The position numbers and the translations under genes were made by a program. A stretch of 32,000 bases of DNA from Erysipelotrichaceae bacterium MTC7 (lineage in GTDB: Bacteria; Bacillota_I; Bacilli_A; Erysipelotrichales; Erysipelotrichaceae): positions 1 to 32,000 of the forward strand of contig LVZN01000012.1 in NCBI GenBank assembly GCA_001695645.1, read 5' to 3'. The notes under the pieces were generated by a model, which was not told the origin of the DNA, made no database searches, and saw nothing but the letters and a program-made list of their open reading frames with translations. This document shows, one piece after another, positions 7,347 through 16,544 of the stretch (its first letter is position 1; each line of letters begins with the position of its first letter).

Positions 7347-8729
7347 ATGTCTACATATAAAATGAGACATATAAAAATAAGTAAACCGTTTCTAAAACGG
7401 GTTCTATATTTAGCTTTACCAGTGGTTATCCAACAACTGTTAGTCAACTTACTAAGTATTGCTGATACAGTAATGATTGGAGGGATAAGTGAAGAAGCCA
7501 TAAGTGCAGTGACTGTTGCCAATAAGTTTTTCTTTATTTTCAATCTAGCAGTCTTTGGCTTAGCCAATGGAGTCGGTATATATATTGCACAGTACTTTGG
7601 AGCAAAAAATCACACAGCATATCATCAAACCTTTCGCTTTGGTTTACGTGCATGTTTTTGGGTTGGATTAGCATCAACAATTTATTTATGCATTTTTCCT
7701 AGAAGTGTAATTACCATCTTTGTAAGTAAGCAAAGCACGATTCAACTTGCATTAGAGTATTTAGAAGTTGTTCGTTTTTCCTACATTCCATTTGCCTTAA
7801 CAATGATGATCGCAGTCGCTTATCGTGTAATCGGTTTACCAAAGATTCCTATGCTAAGTGGAGCGATTGCGTTTGTAAGCAATGTCCTGCTTAACTATGT
7901 ACTAATCTTTGGTCATCTTGGATTTGCACCTTTAGGTGTACAAGGTGCAGCATTAGCAACAATGATTTCACGATTTTTAGAGCTGGGATTTTTAATGATT
8001 TTACTTTTCCAAACCAATGCAACCTTACACATAAGGAAAGCAGTTGGCAAATTAGGTAGTGAAGCTAAGTCCAATATCATTAAGAATACAATTCCGTTAA
8101 TTTTCAATGAGATTATCTGGTCTGTAGGTTTAAGTGTTGTATTTATGAACTACTGTTATGTAAACGAGGCTTTTATACCTGCACTTACAGTAGTGGATAA
8201 TGTATCGAGTCTAGTTTATGTTGCTTTTGCCGGATGTGCAGCAGCTACTGGGGCGATTGTAGGGAATGATCTAGGAGCCAATGAAATGAATGAAGCAAGA
8301 AAAGACTCACTGCGCTTAATCAAAATTGGGCTTGCTATCTATATCGTAGGAAGCGTGCTCGTGTTGGCATTAACCCCGGTGATACCGAAAGCCTTTTCGC
8401 TCGGTGCGCAAAATACAAAAATGGCGATTATTCTACTTATCATAAAAGCGATGGTTATGTGGACACAAGGCTATGCGGAAACGTGCTACTACATTTTACG
8501 CGCTGGAGGTGATACAAACTCTGTTCTTGCTATTGATGGCTTGTTTATTGTATTTGGTCCCACATTGCTTAGTGTCCTAACAACACGTATCTTACACTTA
8601 GATTTAATTTGGGTATTTGCATGTGTAGAGGGTGTAAATATACTGAAGGTATTTATTGCGACTCATTTTTATCACAAAGAAAAATGGGTAAAGAATATTA
8701 CATTAAAAGAGGAGGGAAACTGTGGATGA
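7347..8729 (+). CDS. MATE-family multidrug/toxin efflux transporter
   Basis: 460 aa with about 12 predicted TM segments. The N-terminal LALPVVIQQLLVNLLSIADTVMIGG is typical of NorM/MATE. SD GAAAGGAGG. Confidence 0.8.
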   Translation: MSTYKMRHIKISKPFLKRVLYLALPVVIQQLLVNLLSIADTVMIGGISEEAISAVTVANKFFFIFNLAVFGLANGVGIYIAQYFGAKNHTAYHQTFRFGLRACFWVGLASTIYLCIFPRSVITIFVSKQSTIQLALEYLEVVRFSYIPFALTMMIAVAYRVIGLPKIPMLSGAIAFVSNVLLNYVLIFGHLGFAPLGVQGAALATMISRFLELGFLMILLFQTNATLHIRKAVGKLGSEAKSNIIKNTIPLIFNEIIWSVGLSVVFMNYCYVNEAFIPALTVVDNVSSLVYVAFAGCAAATGAIVGNDLGANEMNEARKDSLRLIKIGLAIYIVGSVLVLALTPVIPKAFSLGAQNTKMAIILLIIKAMVMWTQGYAETCYYILRAGGDTNSVLAIDGLFIVFGPTLLSVLTTRILHLDLIWVFACVEGVNILKVFIATHFYHKEKWVKNITLKEEGNCG

Positions 8730-8814
8730 GCATAGTCGACTGAAACTTCATGCCAATGACGGATTTCATCGTTAACGTTTCTTCAATAAAGCATATGAAG
8801 AAAGGAGAAAAACG

Positions 8815-9255
8815 ATGCATATACGAGATTTTACACAACAAGATAAAAATATTTATTTTGAGATGTCACAAGATTTTTATAGTGGGTTTGCAACACTGGA
8901 AGAAGGAACAATTGAACAGTATGAAGCAACCTTTAAAATGGTGATGAAAAACTCTCCATACGTAAGAGGATTAATTCTAGAAATGGATCAGCAAATTGTA
9001 GGTTATGCTCTTTTAGGATTTTTTTGGAGTAATGGAAATGAGAGTATTACCATTTTGATAGATGAACTTTATATTTGTCCACAAATGCGTGGGAAGAATT
9101 GTGGTCGAAGGTTTTTCAAATGGTTGGAAGCAAACTATGATATCGATGATTATACATTCACTTTGGAAGTAAATCCACGCAATGAGAAAGCATTAGCTTT
9201 CTATGAAAAAATGGGATATAAGCGTACGGAATATATCGTAATGGAAAAATACTAG
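8815..9255 (+). CDS. GNAT-family N-acetyltransferase
   Basis: 146 aa. The acetyl-CoA motif-A region is ICPQMRGKNCGRRFFKWLE and the C-terminal block is ALAFYEKMGYK. SD AAAGGAG. Confidence 0.8.
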   Translation: MHIRDFTQQDKNIYFEMSQDFYSGFATLEEGTIEQYEATFKMVMKNSPYVRGLILEMDQQIVGYALLGFFWSNGNESITILIDELYICPQMRGKNCGRRFFKWLEANYDIDDYTFTLEVNPRNEKALAFYEKMGYKRTEYIVMEKY

Positions 9256-9260
9256 GAATT

Positions 9261-9290
9261 AAGCAAAGAGGTACATCTTCTTTGCTTTTC
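9261..9290 (+). terminator. rho-independent terminator
   Basis: AAGCAAAGA (9261-9269) pairs with TCTTTGCTT (9279-9287), followed by a T-run. Confidence 0.75.
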
Positions 9291-9358
9291 ATTTACGATA
9301 CATAAAGTTCATTAGTTACATAAAATCAATTTGTTGGCCTCCTCTTTTTGTTTTGATG

Positions 9359-9367
9359 TGGTATAAT
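9359..9367 (+). promoter_or_regulatory. extended -10 promoter element of the GntR pair
   Basis: TGGTATAAT (TGn + perfect TATAAT) lies 23 nt upstream of ATG 9390. No good -35 is present. Confidence 0.5.
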
Positions 9368-9389
9368 GAATCCGTAAAGAGGTTGTAGG

Positions 9390-10121
9390 ATGAAATTATT
9401 AACATTAGACATTATTGTCTGCAATGAAATTAAATATTTGATTGAAAACACACCACTTCAAGAAGGTGAAAAATTACCAAGTGAGCGTGAGTTAACAGAG
9501 CGATTTGAAGTTCAACGCGGAACGGTGCGAACAGGACTGAAATTGTTGCTACAAGAAGGTTGGATTTGCGCAAAAGAAAGAAGTGGATATTTTGTTGCAC
9601 CTCGGCGAATTGAAAAGAATGTGTATCGCATTTCTTCAACATCACAAACCGTTGCAGAAATGGGAAAAAAACAACGTTTGAAGCTGTTGTCAATTTCACG
9701 TCAAGAGGTGGGAAAAGATTTATCATTGAAGCTTAAGCTGCCAATAGGAACCAAGTACTATGCAATTGAACGTATACGTTATGTGGATGATGAAAAAGTT
9801 TCTTTGGAAACATCGGCTGTACCTTATAACGTAGCACCTGATTTAGATAAGAAAGATTTAGAGAGTCATTCATTATATGATGTGCTTGAAGATGATTACT
9901 TAAATAACATTGCGTTTTCTGAACAGGAAATTATTGTTGTCGAAAGTGATGAGTATCTAGCAAAGGCATTATCAATTCCAACTGGTCAAAAATTGGTTAA
10001 ACAGCAGGGACTTGTTATGTCAAAAGAAAAAGAACCGATTGAATACATCGAGGCATATATGCTGATGGATCGATTCGTATTTGTGAATAATGATTTATTA
10101 CCAAAGAAAGGAAGAAGCTAG
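9390..10121 (+). CDS. GntR-family transcriptional regulator, HutC subfamily (wHTH + UTRA)
   Basis: wHTH LPSERELTERFEVQRGTVRTGLKLLLQEGWICAKERSGYFV, followed by a C-terminal domain of about 160 aa, UTRA-sized. Confidence 0.85.
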   Translation: MKLLTLDIIVCNEIKYLIENTPLQEGEKLPSERELTERFEVQRGTVRTGLKLLLQEGWICAKERSGYFVAPRRIEKNVYRISSTSQTVAEMGKKQRLKLLSISRQEVGKDLSLKLKLPIGTKYYAIERIRYVDDEKVSLETSAVPYNVAPDLDKKDLESHSLYDVLEDDYLNNIAFSEQEIIVVESDEYLAKALSIPTGQKLVKQQGLVMSKEKEPIEYIEAYMLMDRFVFVNNDLLPKKGRS

Positions 10122-10122
10122 T

Positions 10123-10845
10123 ATGGATTATCGGATGCCGATTTATATCCAAATTAAGGATGCGATTATCAATAAAATTAATCATCAAGAATACTTACCC
10201 GGTGAAGCTATTCCTAGTGAAAGAAAACTAGCTGAAATGTATCAAGTCAATCGAATGACGGTAAAAAAAGCTATTGAGTCATTGGTTGAGGAAGGGTATT
10301 TATTTCGTATCCATGGAAAAGGGACTTTTGTACAAAGAAAGAACTCACAACGTTTGATTCTAGGTGGTGAAGATGCTTATGGAATTAGTGCTTTATTGCG
10401 TGAGCAAGGGGCTCATACAAAAGATATTGTACTAGAAAAAGGGATGTTAAAAGCATTCAACTATCTTGGTTCAAAACTAGAACTTGCTAAGTATGAAGAT
10501 GTATATTTGATTCATCGTTTACGTTGTGCAAATGATGCACCATTTGCAATGGAATATTGTTATTTGCCATTTAAGTACTTTGAAGACGTTGATGAACACA
10601 ACTTTGAACATGTTTCTGTTTATGATTACATGGAACGAAAGGGACGTTTCCCTCATAAATTTAAACAGCGGTTAATTATCATTGAAGCAGATGAGAAACT
10701 TGCGAAACAAATGGGAGTAAAAGAAAACGATTCACTGTATTATTTTGAATATATTGGTCAAGACAATGAAGGACATATTGTTGAGTACACTGAGAGTTAT
10801 CTGCGCTGCGACAAAGCCGTATTTACATACGAGGCAATTCGTTAA
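10123..10845 (+). CDS. GntR-family transcriptional regulator, HutC subfamily (second paralog)
   Basis: I start it at ATG 10123, 1 nt after the TAG of the previous gene. wHTH IPSERKLAEMYQVNRMTVKKAIESLVEEGYLFRIHGKGTFV, plus a UTRA-sized C-terminus. Confidence 0.85.
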   Translation: MDYRMPIYIQIKDAIINKINHQEYLPGEAIPSERKLAEMYQVNRMTVKKAIESLVEEGYLFRIHGKGTFVQRKNSQRLILGGEDAYGISALLREQGAHTKDIVLEKGMLKAFNYLGSKLELAKYEDVYLIHRLRCANDAPFAMEYCYLPFKYFEDVDEHNFEHVSVYDYMERKGRFPHKFKQRLIIIEADEKLAKQMGVKENDSLYYFEYIGQDNEGHIVEYTESYLRCDKAVFTYEAIR

Positions 10846-10857
10846 ACTAAAAATGAA

Positions 10858-10905
10858 AAAGCAAATGAAGGCTGTTCGATGAGGAACCTGATCATTTGCT
10901 TTTTT
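10858..10905 (+). terminator. rho-independent terminator
   Basis: GCAAATGA (10861-10868) pairs with TCATTTGC (10892-10899), followed by a T6 run. Confidence 0.75.
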
Positions 10906-11082
10906 AGTGTTTAATACTTTGAAAAAGTGATAAAGCTATGCTGGAAAAGAATAAGTCGTATCTTGAATTCATAATAACAGTAAAAACTTAAAATCAAGTA
11001 ATTGTATTTGTATAGCAAACTGTATGTTCACATACAATTCAGAGAGGAGAAGCTTAATGAAATAGTAAGGACTTGCTAGATT

Positions 11083-11091
11083 TGTTATAAT
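11083..11091 (+). promoter_or_regulatory. extended -10 promoter element upstream of the ABC gene
   Basis: TGTTATAAT lies 33 nt upstream of ATG 11124. The -35 is weak (TAGTAA). Confidence 0.45.
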
Positions 11092-11123
11092 TTAGAAAAG
11101 GGATAATACTCGAAAGGATATGT

Positions 11124-14100
11124 ATGTTAAAACTTAAAAACATCCGAAAGTCGTATAAAACACAGGATTTTGTGCAAGTTGCGTTGGATGATGTAACGGT
11201 TTCGTTTCGCGACAATGAGTTTGTTGCAATCTTAGGACCAAGTGGTTCTGGAAAAACGACCATGTTAAACATCATCGGTGGACTTGATCAATATGAATCA
11301 GGTGACTTAGAAATCGACGGGATATCAACAAAAAAATACAAATCATCGGATTGGGATACCTATCGTAACAATCGGATCGGTTTTGTGTTTCAAAGCTACA
11401 ACTTAATTCCACATCAAAGTGTACTGGCAAACGTAGAACTTGCCTTAACCATCAGTGGAGTTTCAAAGAAGGAACGTCACCAACGTGCGCTTGCTGCTTT
11501 AACTGAAGTGGGGTTAGCAGAACATGTAAAGAAGTTACCAAGTCAACTTAGTGGTGGACAAATGCAACGTGTTGCAATTGCAAGATCACTTATCAACAAT
11601 CCAGAAATCCTATTAGCTGATGAACCAACTGGAGCATTGGATACTAAAACCAGTGTACAAGTTATGGATTTACTCACAAAGATTGCAAAAGATCGTTTGG
11701 TCATTATGGTTACACATAACCCAGAATTGGCAGAAGATTATGCAAATCGAATTATCAATCTGCGTGATGGAAAAATCGAGAGTGATAGCAATACAGTAAC
11801 CCCTAAAGAAGAAGCTCAGGTAAAAACAGCAAAGAAACCACGAAAAGTGAATATGTCACTGTTTACGGCTTTGTCACTATCATTTAGTAACCTTCTATCG
11901 AAAAAAGGTCGAACGTTTATTACTTCGTTGGCTGGTTCCATAGGAATTATTGGAATTGCGGCAATCTTGGCATTAGCAAGTGGTATTAATGCATATATTG
12001 GTGACATTGAAGAAGATACAATGAGTATGTATCCGTTGACGATTCAAACCTCTGGTGTTGATATTACAAGTTTCTTAAGCAATGCACCAGCAAGTAGCGA
12101 TGAAAATCAAAACAAATCAAAAGGTGATATCGGTATTAATAATGTGTTCCAAACGATGTTTAGTTCACAAAATAAAAACGATTTAAAATCCTTGAAAGCG
12201 TATATTGAAAACAATCCAAATAAAATTGATCCATATGTAAAAAGTGTGCAATATACCTATGATGTTACCCCACAAATTTACTTGGGGGATAGTTCATCGA
12301 GTGTTTCGCAAGTAAGTCCAGATGCCTTAATGGCATCTTATGGATTTTCGTCAACATCAGGTATGAATGCAGTCATGGGAAGTAGTGTTTCCATGATGAA
12401 TAACTTCCATGAATTACCCGGTGACAGCAGTATGTACGATGAACAATACGACATTAAAGCGGGAAGATGGCCGACCAAATATGATGAAGCAGTTATGGTG
12501 TTATCAAACAGTGGTCGCATCTCGGATTATATGTTGTATTCTCTTGGCATCAATGATCGTGAAAAACTCAAACAAATGCTGGATGCATTTGTGAATGATC
12601 CTACAAAACAACTTGCCTTGGACAAATCCAATCAAAAAATTGATTATGATGATATACTTGCGGCAAACTTAAAAGTAATCAATCCATCAAGTAAATACGT
12701 TTATGATGAAGAGTATAAAGTTTGGTTAGATAAATCTGATGATGCTACGCATATGAAGCAGGTTATTCAGGAAGGAACCAATTTGAAAATCGTTGGTGTT
12801 GTTCAACCTGACCCTGATGCGAATGTGACATCATTGTCGATGGGAATCAATTATACACCTGCATTGATTAGTCACTTGATTGATGAGGCATCAAATCAAA
12901 AACTGGTAGAAGCACAGCTTGCAACACCAACAGTAAATGTATTGAGTGGAAAATCATTTGCGATTGAAACAGAAGAGAACCGTCAAAATCAATTCGATGT
13001 TTCTTCTTTATTTTCGGTGAATGAACAAGCAATACGTTCTGCATTTAACATTGATACTTCAAAATTGCAATTTGATACGTCATCTTTGTTTAATTTTGAT
13101 ATTTCTAATATAGAACTTCCACCAATGGATATAAGTGGTTTAACTGCACAACTTGCAGGACAGGTACAAATTCCAACAGACCAACTGACGTCGATATTTA
13201 CAGGTGTATTGGAAGATTTCATCGCTGAACAAGTCAGTGCAGGAGTTAGCGATCCTGCAGAATTTATGCAAAACTTAGCAGCGTATTTGAATCGGGCTGA
13301 TGTGCAACAAAAAGTCAGCAATCAATTGCAAAGTGTAATTACAGATTCTGGCGTAAGTGATCAAGTTAGCAGTGTGGTGCAAAACTACATGGCAACAACG
13401 ATGCAAAGTTATATGACAGAGTTGTTTGCATCGGTGCAAGGACAAATTCAAAAACAAATGGAAAGTGCCATGGCACAACTTCCATATCAACTACAAAACG
13501 CCTTAACCATTGATACAAGTGCCTTGCAACATGCTTTTAGCATCAATGTGACTGAAGATGATATGGTGGATTTAATTATGGCGATGATGAATCCAAAAGA
13601 AACATCTTTTGAAAACAATCTAAAAACATTTGGTTATGCCAATAAAGAAGCACCAAATCAGATTAATATTTATCCAAAAGACTTTACGACAAAAGAGCAT
13701 ATCATCTCATTCTTAGATACTTACAATAACAAAATGAAAACCGCAGGTGATGACAACAAGGTGGTTCGCTACACGGACTTGGTTGGAACACTGATGTCAT
13801 CGGTAACTGATATTGTGGATACGGTAAGTTATGCATTGGTTGCTTTTGTGGCAATTTCACTAGTAGTATCTAGTATTATGATTGGTGTCATTACCTATAT
13901 TTCTGTTTTGGAACGTAAAAAGGAAATTGGAATTTTACGTGCGATTGGGGCAAGTAAGCGGGATATCCGTCGTGTTTTCAATTCAGAAACGTTGATTATC
14001 GGATTTACTGCTGGTGCCATAGGAATCATAGTTACCTATCTTATTAGTATTATTGCCAATATCATTGTCTATGACAAAATCGGGATTGCCAATATTGCCC

Positions 14101-14225
14101 AACTATCACCAATTGCCGCAGGTATCTTGATTTTAATCAGTATGTTTTTAGCGTTTATTGCAGGACTGATTCCTTCATCTGCAGCTGCTAGAAAAGATCC
14201 AGTAGAGGCATTACGAAGTGAATAA
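11124..14225 (+). CDS. fused ABC transporter ATP-binding protein/FtsX-family permease (MacB-type, single polypeptide)
   Basis: N-terminal ATPase with Walker A GPSGSGKTT, signature LSGGQMQRVAIARSL, Walker B LLADEPTGALD and H-loop VTHN. TM1 spans about residues 245-290, followed by roughly 570 aa of soluble insert. The C-terminal FtsX block is ERKKEIGILRAIGASKRDIRRVF plus 3 TM. Confidence 0.85.
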   Translation: MLKLKNIRKSYKTQDFVQVALDDVTVSFRDNEFVAILGPSGSGKTTMLNIIGGLDQYESGDLEIDGISTKKYKSSDWDTYRNNRIGFVFQSYNLIPHQSVLANVELALTISGVSKKERHQRALAALTEVGLAEHVKKLPSQLSGGQMQRVAIARSLINNPEILLADEPTGALDTKTSVQVMDLLTKIAKDRLVIMVTHNPELAEDYANRIINLRDGKIESDSNTVTPKEEAQVKTAKKPRKVNMSLFTALSLSFSNLLSKKGRTFITSLAGSIGIIGIAAILALASGINAYIGDIEEDTMSMYPLTIQTSGVDITSFLSNAPASSDENQNKSKGDIGINNVFQTMFSSQNKNDLKSLKAYIENNPNKIDPYVKSVQYTYDVTPQIYLGDSSSSVSQVSPDALMASYGFSSTSGMNAVMGSSVSMMNNFHELPGDSSMYDEQYDIKAGRWPTKYDEAVMVLSNSGRISDYMLYSLGINDREKLKQMLDAFVNDPTKQLALDKSNQKIDYDDILAANLKVINPSSKYVYDEEYKVWLDKSDDATHMKQVIQEGTNLKIVGVVQPDPDANVTSLSMGINYTPALISHLIDEASNQKLVEAQLATPTVNVLSGKSFAIETEENRQNQFDVSSLFSVNEQAIRSAFNIDTSKLQFDTSSLFNFDISNIELPPMDISGLTAQLAGQVQIPTDQLTSIFTGVLEDFIAEQVSAGVSDPAEFMQNLAAYLNRADVQQKVSNQLQSVITDSGVSDQVSSVVQNYMATTMQSYMTELFASVQGQIQKQMESAMAQLPYQLQNALTIDTSALQHAFSINVTEDDMVDLIMAMMNPKETSFENNLKTFGYANKEAPNQINIYPKDFTTKEHIISFLDTYNNKMKTAGDDNKVVRYTDLVGTLMSSVTDIVDTVSYALVAFVAISLVVSSIMIGVITYISVLERKKEIGILRAIGASKRDIRRVFNSETLIIGFTAGAIGIIVTYLISIIANIIVYDKIGIANIAQLSPIAAGILILISMFLAFIAGLIPSSAAARKDPVEALRSE

Positions 14226-14820
14226 GGTAAAGCGACAAATCCTTGGTTTTGGCGATAGCATCATCACAGGAATGAATGATGAAGTGCATGGTGGTTGGTT
14301 CAATCGCCTGAAGCAGGGATTGTATTCTTCAGGTGAGAACACCTCATTTATGAACTTTGGTGTTCCAGGTCAAATAACTGCAGAACTATTACAAAACTTT
14401 GAGACTTTGATACAGACACATAAAGTTGAAGATGCAAAACTTACCATCATCCTTGCTACAGGAGTCAATGATTCACAAATCTTTGGTGGCAAGTATCGTG
14501 TAACAGTGGAAGCGTTTGAAGAACAGTTTATCGAACTAGTTAGAAAAGCGTTAAACTATACAAACGATGTATATGTGATTGGACTGACTCATGTGGATGA
14601 AGCAAAAACAAACCCCATCATCTTTCACTCACAAATGTGTTTTAGAAATGATAGAATTCAAGCGTTTGATACCATTATCAAAGAAGTTTGTTTGAGTAAG
14701 AAGGTCTGTTATATTCCGCTGTCTGGTTTGCTTGCAAAGATAGAACTTACTGATGGGTTACATCCTAATAGCAAAGGACATGAAAAGATATATCAACGCA
14801 TACGACAATATATGAGATAA
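14218..14820 (+). CDS. SGNH/GDSL-family hydrolase (lipase/esterase/acylhydrolase)
   Basis: Block I GFGDSIITG, block III TGVNDS, block V DGLHPN. No signal peptide. The GTG start overlaps the ABC gene stop by 8 nt. Confidence 0.8.
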   Translation: MNKVKRQILGFGDSIITGMNDEVHGGWFNRLKQGLYSSGENTSFMNFGVPGQITAELLQNFETLIQTHKVEDAKLTIILATGVNDSQIFGGKYRVTVEAFEEQFIELVRKALNYTNDVYVIGLTHVDEAKTNPIIFHSQMCFRNDRIQAFDTIIKEVCLSKKVCYIPLSGLLAKIELTDGLHPNSKGHEKIYQRIRQYMR

Positions 14821-14845
14821 GAGACTTTTTATGAGTCTCTTTTTG
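14819..14845 (+). terminator. rho-independent terminator
   Basis: AGAGACT (14820-14826) pairs with AGTCTCT (14834-14840), followed by a T-run. Confidence 0.8.
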
Positions 14846-14862
14846 CTTGTTTGCAGGATGAT

Positions 14863-14891
14863 TTGAAGTTATTTCAAGATTGGCGTATATT
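14863..14891 (+). promoter_or_regulatory. sigma-A-type promoter of the ClC gene
   Basis: TTGAAG at 14863-14868, a 17-nt spacer, and TATATT at 14886-14891. Confidence 0.55.
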
Positions 14892-14929
14892 TATAGGTGA
14901 AGTTTTTTTCTGTTTAAGGGGGAGTAATT

Positions 14930-16504
14930 GTGGAAAAAGATACGATAGAACAGCTCAAACGCACCAGACTGTATGGATTATCACTAGTTGGTGAGGGAAT
15001 TTTGGTTGGTCTTGTTGCTGGTTTAGTTGTTGCCTGTTATCGTTTAGCACTGACGCATGCAGATACACTGCGAAATTCCATCATTGAAGTAGCAAGTTTG
15101 GATCCACTAAAAATGGCATTATGGTTTTTGGTGCTAATCATACTAGCGATCGTCGTGTATGTGCTCGTAAAAAAAGAACCCATGATTTCAGGTAGTGGAA
15201 TTCCACAACTCGAAGGGGAGATTGTTGGTGCCATTCAGCAAACATGGTGGAAAGTCGTATTCGCAAAATTTAGTGGTGGATTACTTGCTTTGTTTGGTGG
15301 GTTGGCACTAGGAAGAGAAGGACCATCCATTCAACTAGGGGCAATGATGGGTAAAGGTGCTGGACAAGTATTAAAAAGTAGTCAATCGCGACAACGTTTC
15401 TTACTCACTTGTGGAGCAAGCGCAGGTTTGTCTGCAGCCTTTCATGCGCCACTAGCCGGTGTCTTGTTTTCTTTAGAAGAAGTCCATAAAAACTTCTCAA
15501 TTTCTTTGCTTGTTGGAGTCATGGCTTCATCTTTGACTGCTGACATGCTTACGTCCCTTTTAATAGGTGAAGAAGTCGTTTTTCATATTCCGATTGTAGA
15601 TAACATTCCACATGAATCCTATGGTTACATCATTTTACTTGGTCTTATTCTTGGTTTGGGTGGTGTATTTTATAACTGGTTTACACTACAGATGCAACAA
15701 GCCTACCAAAAACTAACAAAGATACCCGGTTTTATGAAAATGATGATTCCTTTTGTAGTAGCAGGTGTGTTAGCTTTCACAAGTCCAGAACTACTAGGAA
15801 GTGGACATAACTTGATCGAATTGTTAACCTCAAAAAATCTCATGGTATCAACCATGTTGTTTTACCTGGTTGGTCGTTTTATATTCTCTGGAGTATCCTT
15901 TGGCTCAGGTGCGCCCGGTGGTATTTTCTTTCCTTTGTTAGTGATTGGAGGATTTATTGGTGGTCTGTTTGCCAGTCTTGCTAGTACGCATCTAGGTCTG
16001 GATCCTGGATATCTCAACAACTTTGTGGTACTTGCTATGGCTGGTTATTTTGCTGCAATAGTGCGTGCACCACTAACTGGAATTATCCTTTTGTTTGAGA
16101 TGACGGGTTCCATGAATCAAATGTTGTCGTTATCACTAGTATCTATTGTTGCCTATCTTGTGGCTACTTTATTAGGTAGCGAGCCAATCTATGAAAGCTT
16201 GCTGGATCGCTTACTGCATAAACAAAAAAGTGATGACGTTCAAGTTAGTTATAAACCTGGGGAAAAGATGATTGTTTCATTTGCGGTAGAAGCAAACTCA
16301 ACTTTTGATGGAGCAAGCATTAAGCAAATTGCGCTACCTGAACATAGTTTGATTGTGAGTATTCAGCGTGGTATGAATGAAATCATTCCTAATGGAGATA
16401 CGCTTGTGTTAGTTGGTGATTTGCTCATGGTTATGACAAGTAAAGATCAACAAGCAGAAGTGGATGCACACATGCGAAAACTCGTGCAGGAACAACGCAA
16501 ATGA
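14930..16504 (+). CDS. ClC-family voltage-gated chloride channel/H+-Cl- antiporter with C-terminal TrkA-C-like domain
   Basis: Selectivity-filter motifs GSGIPQ, GREGPSIQLG and GAPGGIFFPLL. The C-terminal soluble part of about 80 aa resembles TrkA-C (IKQIALPEHSLIVSIQRG...GDTLVLVGDLLMVM). GTG start with SD AAGGGGGAG. Confidence 0.9.
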   Translation: MEKDTIEQLKRTRLYGLSLVGEGILVGLVAGLVVACYRLALTHADTLRNSIIEVASLDPLKMALWFLVLIILAIVVYVLVKKEPMISGSGIPQLEGEIVGAIQQTWWKVVFAKFSGGLLALFGGLALGREGPSIQLGAMMGKGAGQVLKSSQSRQRFLLTCGASAGLSAAFHAPLAGVLFSLEEVHKNFSISLLVGVMASSLTADMLTSLLIGEEVVFHIPIVDNIPHESYGYIILLGLILGLGGVFYNWFTLQMQQAYQKLTKIPGFMKMMIPFVVAGVLAFTSPELLGSGHNLIELLTSKNLMVSTMLFYLVGRFIFSGVSFGSGAPGGIFFPLLVIGGFIGGLFASLASTHLGLDPGYLNNFVVLAMAGYFAAIVRAPLTGIILLFEMTGSMNQMLSLSLVSIVAYLVATLLGSEPIYESLLDRLLHKQKSDDVQVSYKPGEKMIVSFAVEANSTFDGASIKQIALPEHSLIVSIQRGMNEIIPNGDTLVLVGDLLMVMTSKDQQAEVDAHMRKLVQEQRK

Positions 16505-16505
16505 T

Positions 16506-16544
16506 AAAAAAACATTCCTTTGGTATCACAGAGGAATGTTTTTA
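16506..16544 (+). terminator. rho-independent terminator
   Basis: A 12-bp stem: AACATTCCTTTG (16511-16522) pairs with CAGAGGAATGTT (16529-16540) with one G:U pair, followed by a T-run. Confidence 0.85.

Noticed and set aside
7175-7567. 130-aa minus-strand ORF spanning the deoC-like 3' end, the terminator and the MATE 5' end
   Set aside because: It is antisense to two well-supported genes and crosses an intrinsic terminator. It has no SD, and its composition is typical of the antisense frame of membrane and Ala-rich genes.
8750-8944. 64-aa + strand ORF overlapping the GNAT gene start
   Set aside because: It is out of frame with the GNAT gene, which has a proper SD at 8815 and acetyltransferase motifs. 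It has no SD of its own.
14892-14929. Fluoride (crcB) riboswitch upstream of the ClC gene
   Set aside because: Only about 38 nt separate the -10 from the start codon, and none of the conserved crcB-motif segments is present.
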